Shown: positions 1 through 9,210 of the stretch, piece by piece | How the letters are laid out: the number at the start of each line of letters is the position of its first letter | Numbering within the stretch: the first letter of the stretch is position 1 | Source: a virus | Lineage: Duplodnaviria > Caudoviricetes | Reading direction: 5' to 3' (one strand) | Virus record (IMG/VR): IMGVR_UViG_2654587515_000001 | Span: 1 to 64,000 of that record | Length of the DNA: 64,000 nucleotides | The notes under the pieces: generated by a model | The model's input: only the letters and a program-made list of their open reading frames with translations | Told to the model about the DNA's origin: nothing | Databases searched by the model: none | Position numbers and translations under genes: made by a program

Positions 1-535
1 AGCGCTGTATGGCCTGTTTCCATGGCAGGTTTTCAATTTGCGCTCTTCGTATGCGGTGAGATACATCACTTAACCTCTCAATGCCTGCGTGAAACTTCCG
101 GACGCTGGCGCTATACCCCGCAGCTGGGGCGTCTACACAGTATGACCATTGCTTGCCGAGTCCCCCGTGCGATTGGCGCTGTATGACGATCATCTGTCTC
201 GCCAGTTCAATCTCATTGGTTGTTTGGTCAACCTGAGCGCGGCAGGCGTTGAACTCATCTCTGGAATAGGGGGTGTATTCGAGTAGGCGTTTCAACTCGG
301 AGGTTTTTTTGGGGCATGACAATACTCTGAATAGAGAAACCATTTTCTTATTCAGATCATTGTATACTTCAACCTTTGCTGGCCGCTTCCCCAGAAGGAC
401 AGCGCCAGAACCTCCAAAAACATCGACAAAGGTCTGATGTTCAGGGAAATATCCAACAATTTTCTTTGCCAGTCTGGACTTAGAGCCAAACCACGTTACT
501 GGGGGCGCTATTGGTTTATGTTGTTGATTAGCCAT
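1..535 (-). CDS. DNA adenine methyltransferase (D12/Dam class), 3' end runs off the window
   Basis: Absent from the ORF track; translated by hand from ATG at 535: MANQQHKPIAPPVTWFGSKSRLAKKIVGYFPEHQTFVDVFGGSGAVLLGKRPAKVEVYNDLN..., typical D12 motifs (FGSK, DVFGGSG, EVYND). Confidence 0.9.
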   Translation of the reverse strand, partial: MANQQHKPIAPPVTWFGSKSRLAKKIVGYFPEHQTFVDVFGGSGAVLLGKRPAKVEVYNDLNKKMVSLFRVLSCPKKTSELKRLLEYTPYSRDEFNACRAQVDQTTNEIELARQMIVIQRQSHGGLGKQWSYCVDAPAAGYSASVRKFHAGIERLSDVSHRIRRAQIENLPWKQAIQR

Positions 536-676
536 ACTAACCGCCTCGTTTGACCATATGTTACGTTTTATTCTATAGTGTAACATATGGTTTGTATATG
601 GCCTTTTGGCAGTATGCGGCGGACGGAAAGAGAAACAACAAACAACATATTGATCTTGAGTTGGTTAGGAGGAACG

Positions 677-883
677 GTGAAAGGTTTAAGGTATCAAAAA
701 AGAATTAGAGTACTGCCCTTTCTTTGGGTGAATATATCTAAGGCGAGCTTTTCAATTACCATTGGCAACCGATTTGTTAAATTAAATATTGGTCGTCGTG
801 GTGTTTGGTTTAGTGGCTCTTTGGTTGGCACTGGGTTGTCTTTTAGAAAGAAAGTGCCACTACAAAAGAAAGAAAACAGTTAA
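677..883 (+). CDS. DUF4236-like small basic protein
   Basis: GTG start after GGAGG; LRYQKRIRVLPFLWVNISKASFSITIG...GTGLSF resembles the DUF4236 pattern. Confidence 0.6.
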   Translation: MKGLRYQKRIRVLPFLWVNISKASFSITIGNRFVKLNIGRRGVWFSGSLVGTGLSFRKKVPLQKKENS

Positions 884-947
884 TACCGTTAAAATACTCT
901 ATAAATACTCATTCGGTATTAAGTAAACACCAATAAGGAAATGCACT

Positions 948-1259
948 GTGAGCAATGAAGTAGAAATTCAATTAGATAATGATCCGCTCGGTCGTCAGCT
1001 GAAGCTAACCCGTGATCTTGATGGCTATAACAACGAGTCAAACTACCCGTGCAATACGTGCCTGCATGGCATCTTTAACGTTGACCACTGGTGTTGCCGG
1101 AAGCTGCCGCACGACTGGGATGAATGGGACCAGTTCAAGGGCACTGACGTTTATCCGTTTGAAGAGATAAACCGAAAGGCAAGGGAAGTGCTGGGGCGCC
1201 CTGTCGATTACCCCAAAGAGGACGTCATTTTCTACGGATGCAACGCCAAGAACAGCTGA
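948..1259 (+). CDS. hypothetical protein (Cys-containing)
   Basis: ORF with AAGGA RBS; CxxC/CC motifs. Confidence 0.6.
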   Translation: MSNEVEIQLDNDPLGRQLKLTRDLDGYNNESNYPCNTCLHGIFNVDHWCCRKLPHDWDEWDQFKGTDVYPFEEINRKAREVLGRPVDYPKEDVIFYGCNAKNS

Positions 1260-1340
1260 TAACCTGACATTTTTGTATAGATGCTCGCCCAGTGGAGGCG
1301 GTGAATAATGAGCCTGTTCACCTAACCTTCAGGAGCATCT

Positions 1341-1709
1341 ATGAACACATCCCTTGCCTATCTCAAGGCACTATTCATCTTCATTTTCATTCTACTGGCC
1401 GGTGCCGCTGTTCTGCTGAGTCCGCTTGGCGTTCTGCTGGTTGCCGGCTCTTTGTTGTCACTGCCATTTCGCAAGATCAGACCCTACATTCTCAACGTGT
1501 GGGAGTCGGTCGACCAAACCGTGAATGCGGTGGGATTTGGCAACATGGACCACACCATATCAGGGCGTATAGGCCGCGCTGCCATGAAAGGGAGCAAGGT
1601 GGCCCTTATCATGGAGAAGGTGGTTAATGCGCTGTTCTGGTTTGATCCTAACCACTGCCGACGAGCCATAGAACACGATGAGCACGAGCAGTGCTACTCG
1701 TTCAAGTGA
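1341..1709 (+). CDS. phage membrane protein, unknown function
   Basis: N-terminal hydrophobic helices; TISGRIG...FWFDPNHCRRAIE motif seen in small phage proteins; AGGAG RBS. Confidence 0.7.
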   Translation: MNTSLAYLKALFIFIFILLAGAAVLLSPLGVLLVAGSLLSLPFRKIRPYILNVWESVDQTVNAVGFGNMDHTISGRIGRAAMKGSKVALIMEKVVNALFWFDPNHCRRAIEHDEHEQCYSFK

Positions 1710-1720
1710 TGGGGGATGAT

Positions 1721-2161
1721 ATGAAATACTACATTACCCGTTACACGGATAAGCTGCCGTCTTGGCAGGCTGGCAACGCCCGTCTTTTCCTGATCACCCT
1801 TCGCAAAGGCAAAGAGCACGACATTGGCCTGCTTGAGCATGAAAAGTGCCACGTCAGGCAGTGGTGGGCGCTATTTCTGCTGATGTCGTTGATTGGCTGG
1901 CCTGCGCTGTACTTCTTCAATGGCGATCCGGTCATGATGCCCGTCAGTATCGCGATCACTGGCTTGGCCCCTGCGCTTCATGCCTTGCTGTACCTGTTGG
2001 TGCGTCCTTATCGTCAATGGTCCGAGGTTCAGGCATACAAAACCCAGGTTGCTAAGGGTAATTACAGGGACAATAGCTTTGCCGTTCGGGCGCTCATGAA
2101 TCCCAAATACAAGCTCAATCTCACGGAGTCTGAGGCGTCGAAGTTGCTGGGTTTCTGGTAA
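1721..2161 (+). CDS. phage membrane protein with HEKCH (HExxH-like) motif
   Basis: ORF follows previous gene after GGGGGA RBS; two hydrophobic segments. Confidence 0.65.
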   Translation: MKYYITRYTDKLPSWQAGNARLFLITLRKGKEHDIGLLEHEKCHVRQWWALFLLMSLIGWPALYFFNGDPVMMPVSIAITGLAPALHALLYLLVRPYRQWSEVQAYKTQVAKGNYRDNSFAVRALMNPKYKLNLTESEASKLLGFW

Positions 2162-2235
2162 CAAAGTTGTGTTGTACGGATAGGCGGGTAATCCGCCTAT
2201 ATTGGCTAAGTCATAGTCATGTATAGGGAATCACA

Positions 2236-2886
2236 ATGAGTATTTATCAAGTCCTTTCGTATTGCTTAATGTCATGGTTTTTCATGACACTGGGCGTCTA
2301 TTTGTTTGTGGGATTGCTCGGTAAAAAAGAGCAGATTTCAACGACCAAACTATTCAAAGAGTTTACGCTGGCATATTGCGTTGTCATGGCCGTTATTCTA
2401 TTTGCCGCGCCGTTATCTGAACCGCTCAGGCAATTATTATGGGACCCATTAAAAGGCGGCTCGGCTATTGGAACGCTCTCTGTTTTGCTGATGCTCTTTT
2501 ATTCTGTTCCGCTGGTTGCGCATAATTTAATTGGCCCAAGTCGCGGGAAAAATAATATTCCAATCCCCTCTGGTGAAGTCTTTTTGTTATTTAAGAAGGG
2601 TAACAATGAAAAGCGATATTTATCCATTGATGTGCGGGATATGGCGTCGGTATTACGTGCGAAACGGACGCTACTGGCCGAAGTTCAAGACGATGAGACC
2701 GTGCTGGATGCCACTTGCCGGATTCAAGATCAGTACGAACAGGGCGGTTATGATTTGGTGATCGTCAATACCACGGGCGTCGGGTATGCACTGCGCGAGA
2801 CGCTGAAAACGCACTTGACCCGCATTCCGGTGGTGGGTGCTCTGCCTTCTGGCCCCGTTCCGGATTGTCACGTTCTCCCCGCCTAA
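2236..2886 (+). CDS. membrane protein with C-terminal terminase-nuclease-like segment
   Basis: Three TM segments, then ...VIVNTTGVGYALRETLK, reminiscent of the DxxGxG RNase-H-fold motif of terminase large subunits. Confidence 0.5.
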   Translation: MSIYQVLSYCLMSWFFMTLGVYLFVGLLGKKEQISTTKLFKEFTLAYCVVMAVILFAAPLSEPLRQLLWDPLKGGSAIGTLSVLLMLFYSVPLVAHNLIGPSRGKNNIPIPSGEVFLLFKKGNNEKRYLSIDVRDMASVLRAKRTLLAEVQDDETVLDATCRIQDQYEQGGYDLVIVNTTGVGYALRETLKTHLTRIPVVGALPSGPVPDCHVLPA

Positions 2887-2901
2887 TCACCACGATTGAG
2901 C

Positions 2902-2927
2902 AAAAAGCCGCCTACGGGCGGTTTTTT
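2902..2927 (+). terminator. rho-independent terminator
   Basis: AAAAAGCCGCC-TACG-GGCGGTTTTTT. Confidence 0.85.
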
Positions 2928-3016
2928 ATTGTCGGTAAGAAATACCCGAGCAAAGATGAATATTTAAAGTGTTACCGTGTCACTTTATGGGCGGTCAGAA
3001 AATGCCCGTCTAGCTC

Positions 3017-3050
3017 TCAATTTCTGAGAACTGTAATTCTCGGAAATTGA
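3017..3050. other. vlox (VloxP-type) recombination site, spacer ACTGTAAT
   Basis: TCAATTTCTGAGA-ACTGTAAT-TCTCGGAAATTGA: 13-8-13 architecture, arms match VloxP as recalled, about 310 bp upstream of cre. Confidence 0.95.
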
Positions 3051-3117
3051 CAATTTCCCCGCTTTCAATCAATATGGTTGCATAAGAAAGGCTATTAAGT
3101 TTTAAGGGGTGGGATAG

Positions 3118-3357
3118 ATGTTGTCATCTAACGAACGGGCCAAAAAGGTCGTGCTTCAGTATTGCAAGCAAACAGGATTTTTGATCCCGCAATCAAATGC
3201 AGCGCAAACACTTGAGGCGTTAATCTCAGAGGCGCTAGATCAGCATGTGTATGAGGCTTTTCATAGTAAGACCAAGCCACGCAAAAAATCAGCATTAGAA
3301 GAGTTTAAGACTAAGTTTGCTGACTATCTGGGTGATGATGGCTTAAATGATGAGTAG
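3118..3357 (+). CDS. small protein between lox and cre (position of P1 cra)
   Basis: ORF with RBS between vlox and cre. Confidence 0.65.
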   Translation: MLSSNERAKKVVLQYCKQTGFLIPQSNAAQTLEALISEALDQHVYEAFHSKTKPRKKSALEEFKTKFADYLGDDGLNDE

Positions 3358-3363
3358 AAGAAA

Positions 3364-4506
3364 ATGATAGAAAACCAACTCTCCCTGCTCGGTGACTTTT
3401 CCGGAGTTAGACCGGATGATGTCAAAACGGCGATCCAAGCGGCCCAGAAAAAAGGCATCAACGTTGCTGAGAACGAGCAGTTCAAGGCTGCATTTGAGCA
3501 CCTGCTTAATGAGTTCAAAAAGCGGGAAGAGCGTTACTCTCCCAACACGCTGCGCCGGCTGGAAAGCGCGTGGGCCTGTTTTGTTGACTGGTGTTTGGCG
3601 AATCATCGCCATTCTTTGCCGGCGACACCGGATACCGTAGAAGCCTTCTTTATTGAGCGAGCAGAAGAGTTACACCGAAACACGTTATCGGTGTATCGCT
3701 GGGCGATCTCCCGTGTTCACCGTGTGGCTGGCTGTCCGGATCCCTGCCTCGATATCTACGTGGAAGACCGGCTGAAAGCCATTGCTCGCAAGAAAGTGAG
3801 AGAGGGCGAAGCCGTGAAACAGGCGTCCCCGTTCAATGAGCAGCACCTGCTTAAACTGACCTCGCTCTGGTACCGCAGTGACAAGTTACTGCTTCGCCGC
3901 AATCTGGCATTGCTGGCCGTGGCCTATGAGTCGATGCTGCGAGCGTCAGAGCTGGCGAATATTCGTGTGAGTGATATGGAGCTGGCCGGAGACGGTACCG
4001 CGATACTGACTATCCCCATCACCAAAACCAATCACAGCGGGGAGCCGGATACCTGCATTCTCAGTCAGGATGTGGTCAGCTTGCTGATGGATTACACCGA
4101 AGCCGGCAAGCTGGATATGAGCAGTGACGGCTTTTTGTTTGTGGGTGTGTCCAAGCACAACACCTGCATCAAACCCAAAAAGGATAAGCAGACCGGCGAG
4201 GTCCTGCACAAGCCAATCACCACCAAAACGGTTGAGGGTGTGTTCTATTCTGCGTGGGAAACTTTGGGCTTGGGGCGTCAGGGGGTGAAGCCTTTCACGG
4301 CACACAGTGCGCGTGTTGGCGCTGCTCAAGATCTGCTTAAAAAAGGCTATAACACCCTGCAGATCCAACAGTCTGGCCGATGGTCTAGCGGTACCATGGT
4401 GGCGAGATATGGCAGGGCGATACTGGCGCGTGATGGTGCAATGGCTCATAGCCGTGTCAAAACACGCTCAGCCCCTATGCAGTGGGGGAAAGAGGAAAAA
4501 GATTAA
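3364..4506 (+). CDS. cre: Cre-family tyrosine recombinase (VCre)
   Basis: 380 aa beginning MIENQLSLLGDFSGVRPDDVK, matches VCre as recalled with few substitutions; catalytic R (MLRASE), K (TKTN), HSAR, W (GRWS), Y (ARYG). Confidence 0.97.
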   Translation: MIENQLSLLGDFSGVRPDDVKTAIQAAQKKGINVAENEQFKAAFEHLLNEFKKREERYSPNTLRRLESAWACFVDWCLANHRHSLPATPDTVEAFFIERAEELHRNTLSVYRWAISRVHRVAGCPDPCLDIYVEDRLKAIARKKVREGEAVKQASPFNEQHLLKLTSLWYRSDKLLLRRNLALLAVAYESMLRASELANIRVSDMELAGDGTAILTIPITKTNHSGEPDTCILSQDVVSLLMDYTEAGKLDMSSDGFLFVGVSKHNTCIKPKKDKQTGEVLHKPITTKTVEGVFYSAWETLGLGRQGVKPFTAHSARVGAAQDLLKKGYNTLQIQQSGRWSSGTMVARYGRAILARDGAMAHSRVKTRSAPMQWGKEEKD

Positions 4507-4599
4507 TACATAATTGATACTCTATAAGTATCAAGTGTACATTTATATGATACTGTTTAGGTGTTAACTTTAACGTAATTAGATACAAGGATTAGAGCT

Positions 4600-5013
4600 A
4601 TGAAAGTGACTTTTGAAGAGTCGATGTTGGATGAATACCTTGAGCAGCTGCGCGTGCAGTTTTCTCGTTACAGCAAGCTTGATCAGCACAAGGTTTTAGA
4701 GTCGGTCCGCTCGCTGGTTGTGGAACCCAAGCCGATCGCCAAGGCTCGCCCTCTCGAAGAGGTTCTGTCGGACATTCGTGAAGCAATTGAGGACGGAGGT
4801 CGTGCAAGAACGTTCTTTACCACGGCATTTGCTAACTGGTACCGCCGAGTGCCAACGCCGCGCATTGCTCATTTGCATGATTACATCAATCTTGACCTGA
4901 AAAATCGCCACCTATTCCAAGAAATGATGTGTCTGCGCGACTCAGGGCACTTTGACGACGAGGCCCTTTACCAGTTTGAGCAGTACTGTTTGTCATTTAT
5001 GGATAAGGAGTAG
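4600..5013 (+). CDS. hypothetical protein
   Basis: First ORF of a tightly packed operon; RBS present. Confidence 0.7.
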   Translation: MKVTFEESMLDEYLEQLRVQFSRYSKLDQHKVLESVRSLVVEPKPIAKARPLEEVLSDIREAIEDGGRARTFFTTAFANWYRRVPTPRIAHLHDYINLDLKNRHLFQEMMCLRDSGHFDDEALYQFEQYCLSFMDKE

Positions 5014-5017
5014 AAGA

Positions 5018-5281
5018 GTGCTGGCTAACATCGTTGAGACGTTTCATAAGTTTAATCAGGGGCAGCGCAGGCCAGACAGGCGCCGCCATCTTGAACTCTG
5101 TGGATTTGAGAGGACGAGGGTTATTGAGCCATTCAATCACGAAGCGACGCCTCGCGAGTTGGCTATGCGGTATTTAAACGCTCTGAGTGAGTCAGACGGT
5201 GGTTTTTATCATGGTGTGACGTTGCCTAAAAAAGACTATGAAGGGTGGACCTATTACGAGGTCTGGACAAAAAAGCTTTAA
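5018..5281 (+). CDS. hypothetical protein
   Basis: Probable GTG start after GGAG/AGAAGA; operon packing. Confidence 0.55.
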   Translation: MLANIVETFHKFNQGQRRPDRRRHLELCGFERTRVIEPFNHEATPRELAMRYLNALSESDGGFYHGVTLPKKDYEGWTYYEVWTKKL

Positions 5282-5295
5282 AGTGAGGGTGGGCC

Positions 5296-5517
5296 GTGTC
5301 TAGTTTTAGTCAGAAGCGCACATGTAAAAATTGCGTGTTTTCCGAGCTAACCAGCTGTCGATTTGGCGTGAAAATAAGAAATGGCGTATTAGAAGCCAAC
5401 TCTCCCCTTGAGCCGTGCCATAAAATAACGAGCGATAGAGGCGAAAAGGATTTCTATTTACTTGGGATGGACAAAGTGTTCCGTGCTGATCTAGAAATCT
5501 ACCGAGCATCTGTATGA
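5296..5517 (+). CDS. hypothetical Cys-rich protein
   Basis: CxxC-x6-C motif; GAGG RBS. Confidence 0.55.
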   Translation: MSSFSQKRTCKNCVFSELTSCRFGVKIRNGVLEANSPLEPCHKITSDRGEKDFYLLGMDKVFRADLEIYRASV

Positions 5518-5527
5518 CAGGAGAGTT

Positions 5528-5848
5528 ATGAGTATCACTATTTTTGGCACTGTTCTGGTGCCCCAATCAATGACTGAAGATGAGGCGCAAGCGCTTCAGC
5601 GTGAAATATCCGAACGTGATGAGTTTAAAGCGATCCGTGTGCAAAGGGATGTGACCCGCAAGGCTCATTTCTTGTTTGAAGGTGAGCGCACGATTGAATC
5701 AAAAGGACTTGAGCACCCAGACGTTATGTTTGGCGCTTGGTGCGAGACTGGCGGCGATCCGTTTTTCTATGAGCCGGCCTACAAACCCATTGCCTACTTC
5801 CTGAAAAGTCGTGGCTATAACCTGTTAAGTTTTCCTAGAGAGAGATAA
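5528..5848 (+). CDS. hypothetical protein
   Basis: AGGAG RBS; operon packing. Confidence 0.7.
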   Translation: MSITIFGTVLVPQSMTEDEAQALQREISERDEFKAIRVQRDVTRKAHFLFEGERTIESKGLEHPDVMFGAWCETGGDPFFYEPAYKPIAYFLKSRGYNLLSFPRER

Positions 5849-5850
5849 AG

Positions 5851-6138
5851 ATGAGTGACAGCATAGTGCAATTGTCCAACGTGTTTGGGGTGCTGAAAGA
5901 GAAGCTGCCCACAATTGAAAATGAGTTTGACCCGCTTGAGCTGGAAGTCGAAGAGCGTGACGGCATTGTCGTCGACTACATCATCAACAAGGCCGGTGAA
6001 GGGTATGTGTTGGTGATTGACGATCGTGACTTAACGCCTGAGCTGATCACGCTGGAATTTGAATCTGGTGATGCCATGGTGGCTTATTTTGAAGGCGGCA
6101 AGCGCAAGCCTATGGTGCTTGATTCTGTTGAGAATTAA
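5851..6138 (+). CDS. acidic hypothetical protein ending in MVLDSVEN
   Basis: Operon packing; C-terminal VLDS motif. Confidence 0.7.
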   Translation: MSDSIVQLSNVFGVLKEKLPTIENEFDPLELEVEERDGIVVDYIINKAGEGYVLVIDDRDLTPELITLEFESGDAMVAYFEGGKRKPMVLDSVEN

Positions 6139-6148
6139 AGGGGCATTT

Positions 6149-6445
6149 ATGCTAGATAGTGCAGCAAAGGCAAGCATAGAGAAGCTGTTGCTTGAGAAGT
6201 CGACTAATGCTGGTTTTAGTACTGAAGAGGCTCAGGATAAAATCAGCCAAGTCATGGATGCATTGAATGACCCGTCTCAGACGTTGAATAATACAATCGT
6301 AAATGAACTGGTTGGCATTGTAATGATGGACCAGCGTGATCAAGAGACCGCATTGGTCGAATTAGCGTTAAAAACAGGCTCTCAAATGGAAGGTAAGCTG
6401 ACAGGCGAGCAAAATGCGCTACTTGAGTCGTTGAGGCAAGGGTAA
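6149..6445 (+). CDS. hypothetical protein starting MLDSAAK
   Basis: ATG after AAGGGG RBS, in frame with track ORF 6059..6445. Confidence 0.7.
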   Translation: MLDSAAKASIEKLLLEKSTNAGFSTEEAQDKISQVMDALNDPSQTLNNTIVNELVGIVMMDQRDQETALVELALKTGSQMEGKLTGEQNALLESLRQG

Positions 6446-6460
6446 GACGGGGAAGGTTAT

Positions 6461-6886
6461 ATGACTCTGAAAAGCACATTGAAACTTAGGCCAATAGACC
6501 GTCAGGCTGCTTTAGTGGTCCAAAAGGCGCCTTCGCACTCAACATTTCAAATTAAGAACCGAGACAAGTTGGTTGATAGCGAGTTTTGGGAAGCGCCACG
6601 GCCACACAAACCGATCCCTGATAATACTGACTTTATTGATCTGACTGGTTCCAAAGTTGGCCGGTTGACGGTGATTGGATTTTTAGGGAAAAGTGTTTGG
6701 CAATGCCGGTGCGTTTGTGGTCGGTACTGCAAGAGAACAAAGAAGTTCATTGAACAAGTTATTGATGGCAGAGAGTCAACAGAGTCTATGTGTCGTGAGT
6801 GTTACGGGGTAATGCTTCTGAAGAAGCAGGAATACTTCAAAGCTCATGGGTGCTACCCGTCTGATAAGAAGAAAATGGAGCTTTAG
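6461..6886 (+). CDS. Cys-rich protein with the N-terminal motif of phage HNH/AP2 endonucleases
   Basis: DLTGSKVGRLTVIG...WQCRCVCG pattern; no HNH or AP2 domain follows. Confidence 0.6.
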   Translation: MTLKSTLKLRPIDRQAALVVQKAPSHSTFQIKNRDKLVDSEFWEAPRPHKPIPDNTDFIDLTGSKVGRLTVIGFLGKSVWQCRCVCGRYCKRTKKFIEQVIDGRESTESMCRECYGVMLLKKQEYFKAHGCYPSDKKKMEL

Positions 6887-7041
6887 TTGAACTATCCGGA
6901 ATTTCCGGAGGCTTCGCGGTCTATGGCTTACCTGAGTTGTTCGGCATTTCCGAACAACTGGGACCAATAACCTTTTGTTGTGGCGACAGGGTGAGCGCAA
7001 TGCCACCCTAAGTCCGTTTTATCGAGTAGAAGGAACGGACC

Positions 7042-7389
7042 ATGGACAAGTTAGAACAGCTGGGCCACCAGCTGGCCGAAGCAATGAAACAAGCGGATCA
7101 TGCCAATGTTGGCACGATTGGCAGCGTGCATCACAAAGTCAGCCCGTTAGCCTGTGAGCTGGCAAAGAATAATAACCCCTATCTCACCCTCCTGAAAGAC
7201 AACCATGAGCGTTTCGAGCGTGAATATGGGCGCCCAGCGCAGCTCGTGTACATGCCTATGGCTATGCTGATGTCTTTGGTCGGTGATCTGCCGCAAATGG
7301 AACAGCAGCTTTTCTGGATGTCGGAGGTAAAGAAAATCGAAGGCATGGAAGTGAAGCTTAGTCAGGATGGTACGCTTCGGCTTTTTTGA
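7042..7389 (+). CDS. hypothetical protein, preceded by late-promoter-like motif
   Basis: ORF with AGGA RBS; motif at 6976. Confidence 0.7.
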   Translation: MDKLEQLGHQLAEAMKQADHANVGTIGSVHHKVSPLACELAKNNNPYLTLLKDNHERFEREYGRPAQLVYMPMAMLMSLVGDLPQMEQQLFWMSEVKKIEGMEVKLSQDGTLRLF

Positions 7390-7429
7390 CGATCTGCGGG
7401 GAGTGCCTTTCGGGCGATTCCCCGCCGGT

Positions 7430-7753
7430 TCAGTTGATCAGCTTGAGGTCGTTTTTCCGTTGGTTTTTCAGGTCGGTATAAAAGTTCTCATGCGAACCAA
7501 GGCTTAACAGGTAAAGCCTTAACTCATTATCAACCCAAGAGTAACCGAGTAGCAGTTCTTGCTTGTTCACCTTGAATTTATGTACCCGCAAATGTGACAA
7601 ATCGCCTTTCTTTTGCTGACCTATTTCCGGATTGGCAATGATTTTTTCGATCTCATCTTCAACGGTGCTGAGCTGCTTTGTTGGCAGCTTGCTTAGGGCT
7701 TTGGTGAAGCGTCTAGCTTCAAAGACCTCAATTTCTCTTTGTTCTTCGCTCAT
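7430..7753 (-). CDS. type II toxin, RelE/ParE superfamily
   Basis: IEKIIANPEIGQQKKGDLSHLRVHKF...LLGY...LYLLSLGSHENFY pattern; overlaps upstream antitoxin. Confidence 0.9.
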   Translation of the reverse strand: MSEEQREIEVFEARRFTKALSKLPTKQLSTVEDEIEKIIANPEIGQQKKGDLSHLRVHKFKVNKQELLLGYSWVDNELRLYLLSLGSHENFYTDLKNQRKNDLKLIN

Positions 7754-7958
7754 ATGGCTTCACCAACCCCTGTTTAACCTCTTCAGTAGCTAATAATGAT
7801 TCACGGACAAACTCATAAGAGAGGTCTGGATTCTCCATCATGATTTTGCCAATCTTGGCCCAGTACTCTATCTGCATAGGCACAGAGCGATTCTCTGCGG
7901 TCCCGTAAGCCTTGGCTTCGGAAACAAAGTCATCATTTAATCGGACGCTTGTTGCCAT
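7728..7958 (-). CDS. ParD-like antitoxin (ribbon-helix-helix)
   Basis: MATSVRLNDDFVSEAKAYGTAENRSVPMQIEYWAKIGK typical of ParD-like antitoxins. Confidence 0.88.
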   Translation of the reverse strand: MATSVRLNDDFVSEAKAYGTAENRSVPMQIEYWAKIGKIMMENPDLSYEFVRESLLATEEVKQGLVKPYERRTKRN

Positions 7959-8272
7959 TGTTCAATCTCCTATATAGCGGTGATTTCATTATAGACACAA
8001 TGGCGCACAATGCAATCATTTGTCGCATTACAATTAAGGTGTGACACCAGTGGCCGGAAGTTGCTTGCGCCGCGCGCTGTAATTGACACAACTCACTTAA
8101 AGCAATTAGCGAAGCCCATCAAATCAAGTCTATTCAGTGGCTTATATGTCTCTAATTGTCACAATGAGCAAATAGCCAAAACAAAGCAATAGAATTTCGC
8201 AATATTTCCCTGTTGCTGCGACAACGTGCGCCAGCGTTCATCATGACCTCATTTCTATGATGAGACAAAGCC

Positions 8273-8899
8273 ATGAGCACACAGAAGAAGATATTTTGTG
8301 TCACGCTACTGGGAAGAGAGCAGGTCCAAGCGACCGCCGTGTTTGATAATGACCTGTTGGTGATCGCCAAGCTCGAAAAGATTTCCGGTGCGTTTGGCAC
8401 ATGGAAGCGAAAGCTCAAACGTGACCTGAAGAAAAAGCACGACGAAGGTTATCACATGGTCGTCGAAGAGCGCGGGGATGATTTCAGCGAGTACGCCCAC
8501 AAAGTGCTACTGGAAGAAGCGGACCCGACCGAAAAGCGCGGTTACATGAACATCGCCTTTGACCACTATTTTAACCTGCTTCGTCTTGGTGGTACTGCCG
8601 ATGGCAACCAGCAAGGTTGCATTGTGTTGAACAAGGGCTTGGAGCGCCACTGGATCCGTGACAATAGCGTTAACATCGTGCCGGATGACCGTGGCCGTTA
8701 CCGCTATGACATCGACCACTCCAAATTTACCGGTTATCAACGTGCCATTCTGTTGTGCGTGCTGACTGCGTGTGAGTTCAACCAAGTTAACCAACACTAT
8801 GTTGATACGTTCTTGGATGCCATCAACGTCGAAGACGAAGATCCCGCCTTTACAACGCTGCGCCGCATCACCATTGAGCGCGATATGGGGGATGCATGA
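8273..8899 (+). CDS. putative morphogenesis protein (position of P1 pmgM-like genes)
   Basis: First gene of a late operon; synteny with P1 26-25-7-24-6-5 block. Confidence 0.6.
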   Translation: MSTQKKIFCVTLLGREQVQATAVFDNDLLVIAKLEKISGAFGTWKRKLKRDLKKKHDEGYHMVVEERGDDFSEYAHKVLLEEADPTEKRGYMNIAFDHYFNLLRLGGTADGNQQGCIVLNKGLERHWIRDNSVNIVPDDRGRYRYDIDHSKFTGYQRAILLCVLTACEFNQVNQHYVDTFLDAINVEDEDPAFTTLRRITIERDMGDA

Positions 8900-9210
8900 C
8901 CCAGTTATCACGCCTAAGTCCGCTGAATATCCAAGATGAGCTGATCCGTGCTCGTTTTTACCGTGAGCTGCGCGACGGTTTGTTTGAGTGGGAAGAGTGG
9001 GAGGTCTCGATAGATGAGATCCGGATGCCCGAGCTTATTTCCTTGCGTTACTACGGGACGGATAGCCTCAAGAAAATCGTTTCGGTGTGTGCCGGCCTTG
9101 ATGATATGCGTGAATACCTCGCTGCCGGTAGCCTGATCCGTCTGCCGACAATTAAGTGGGTGAGAACGCGCATTCGCTATTACTGCCAGTTTGAGCAGGA
9201 GGGCGTATGA
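8896..9210 (+). CDS. baseplate protein, P1 gp26-like (tail X/LysM-like)
   Basis: MPELISLRYYGTDSL motif, size and synteny. Confidence 0.7.
   Translation: MTQLSRLSPLNIQDELIRARFYRELRDGLFEWEEWEVSIDEIRMPELISLRYYGTDSLKKIVSVCAGLDDMREYLAAGSLIRLPTIKWVRTRIRYYCQFEQEGV

Noticed and set aside
6461-6886. Mobile HNH homing endonuclease
   Set aside because: Only the N-terminal DLTG/CxCxCG motif is present; no HNH catalytic motif.
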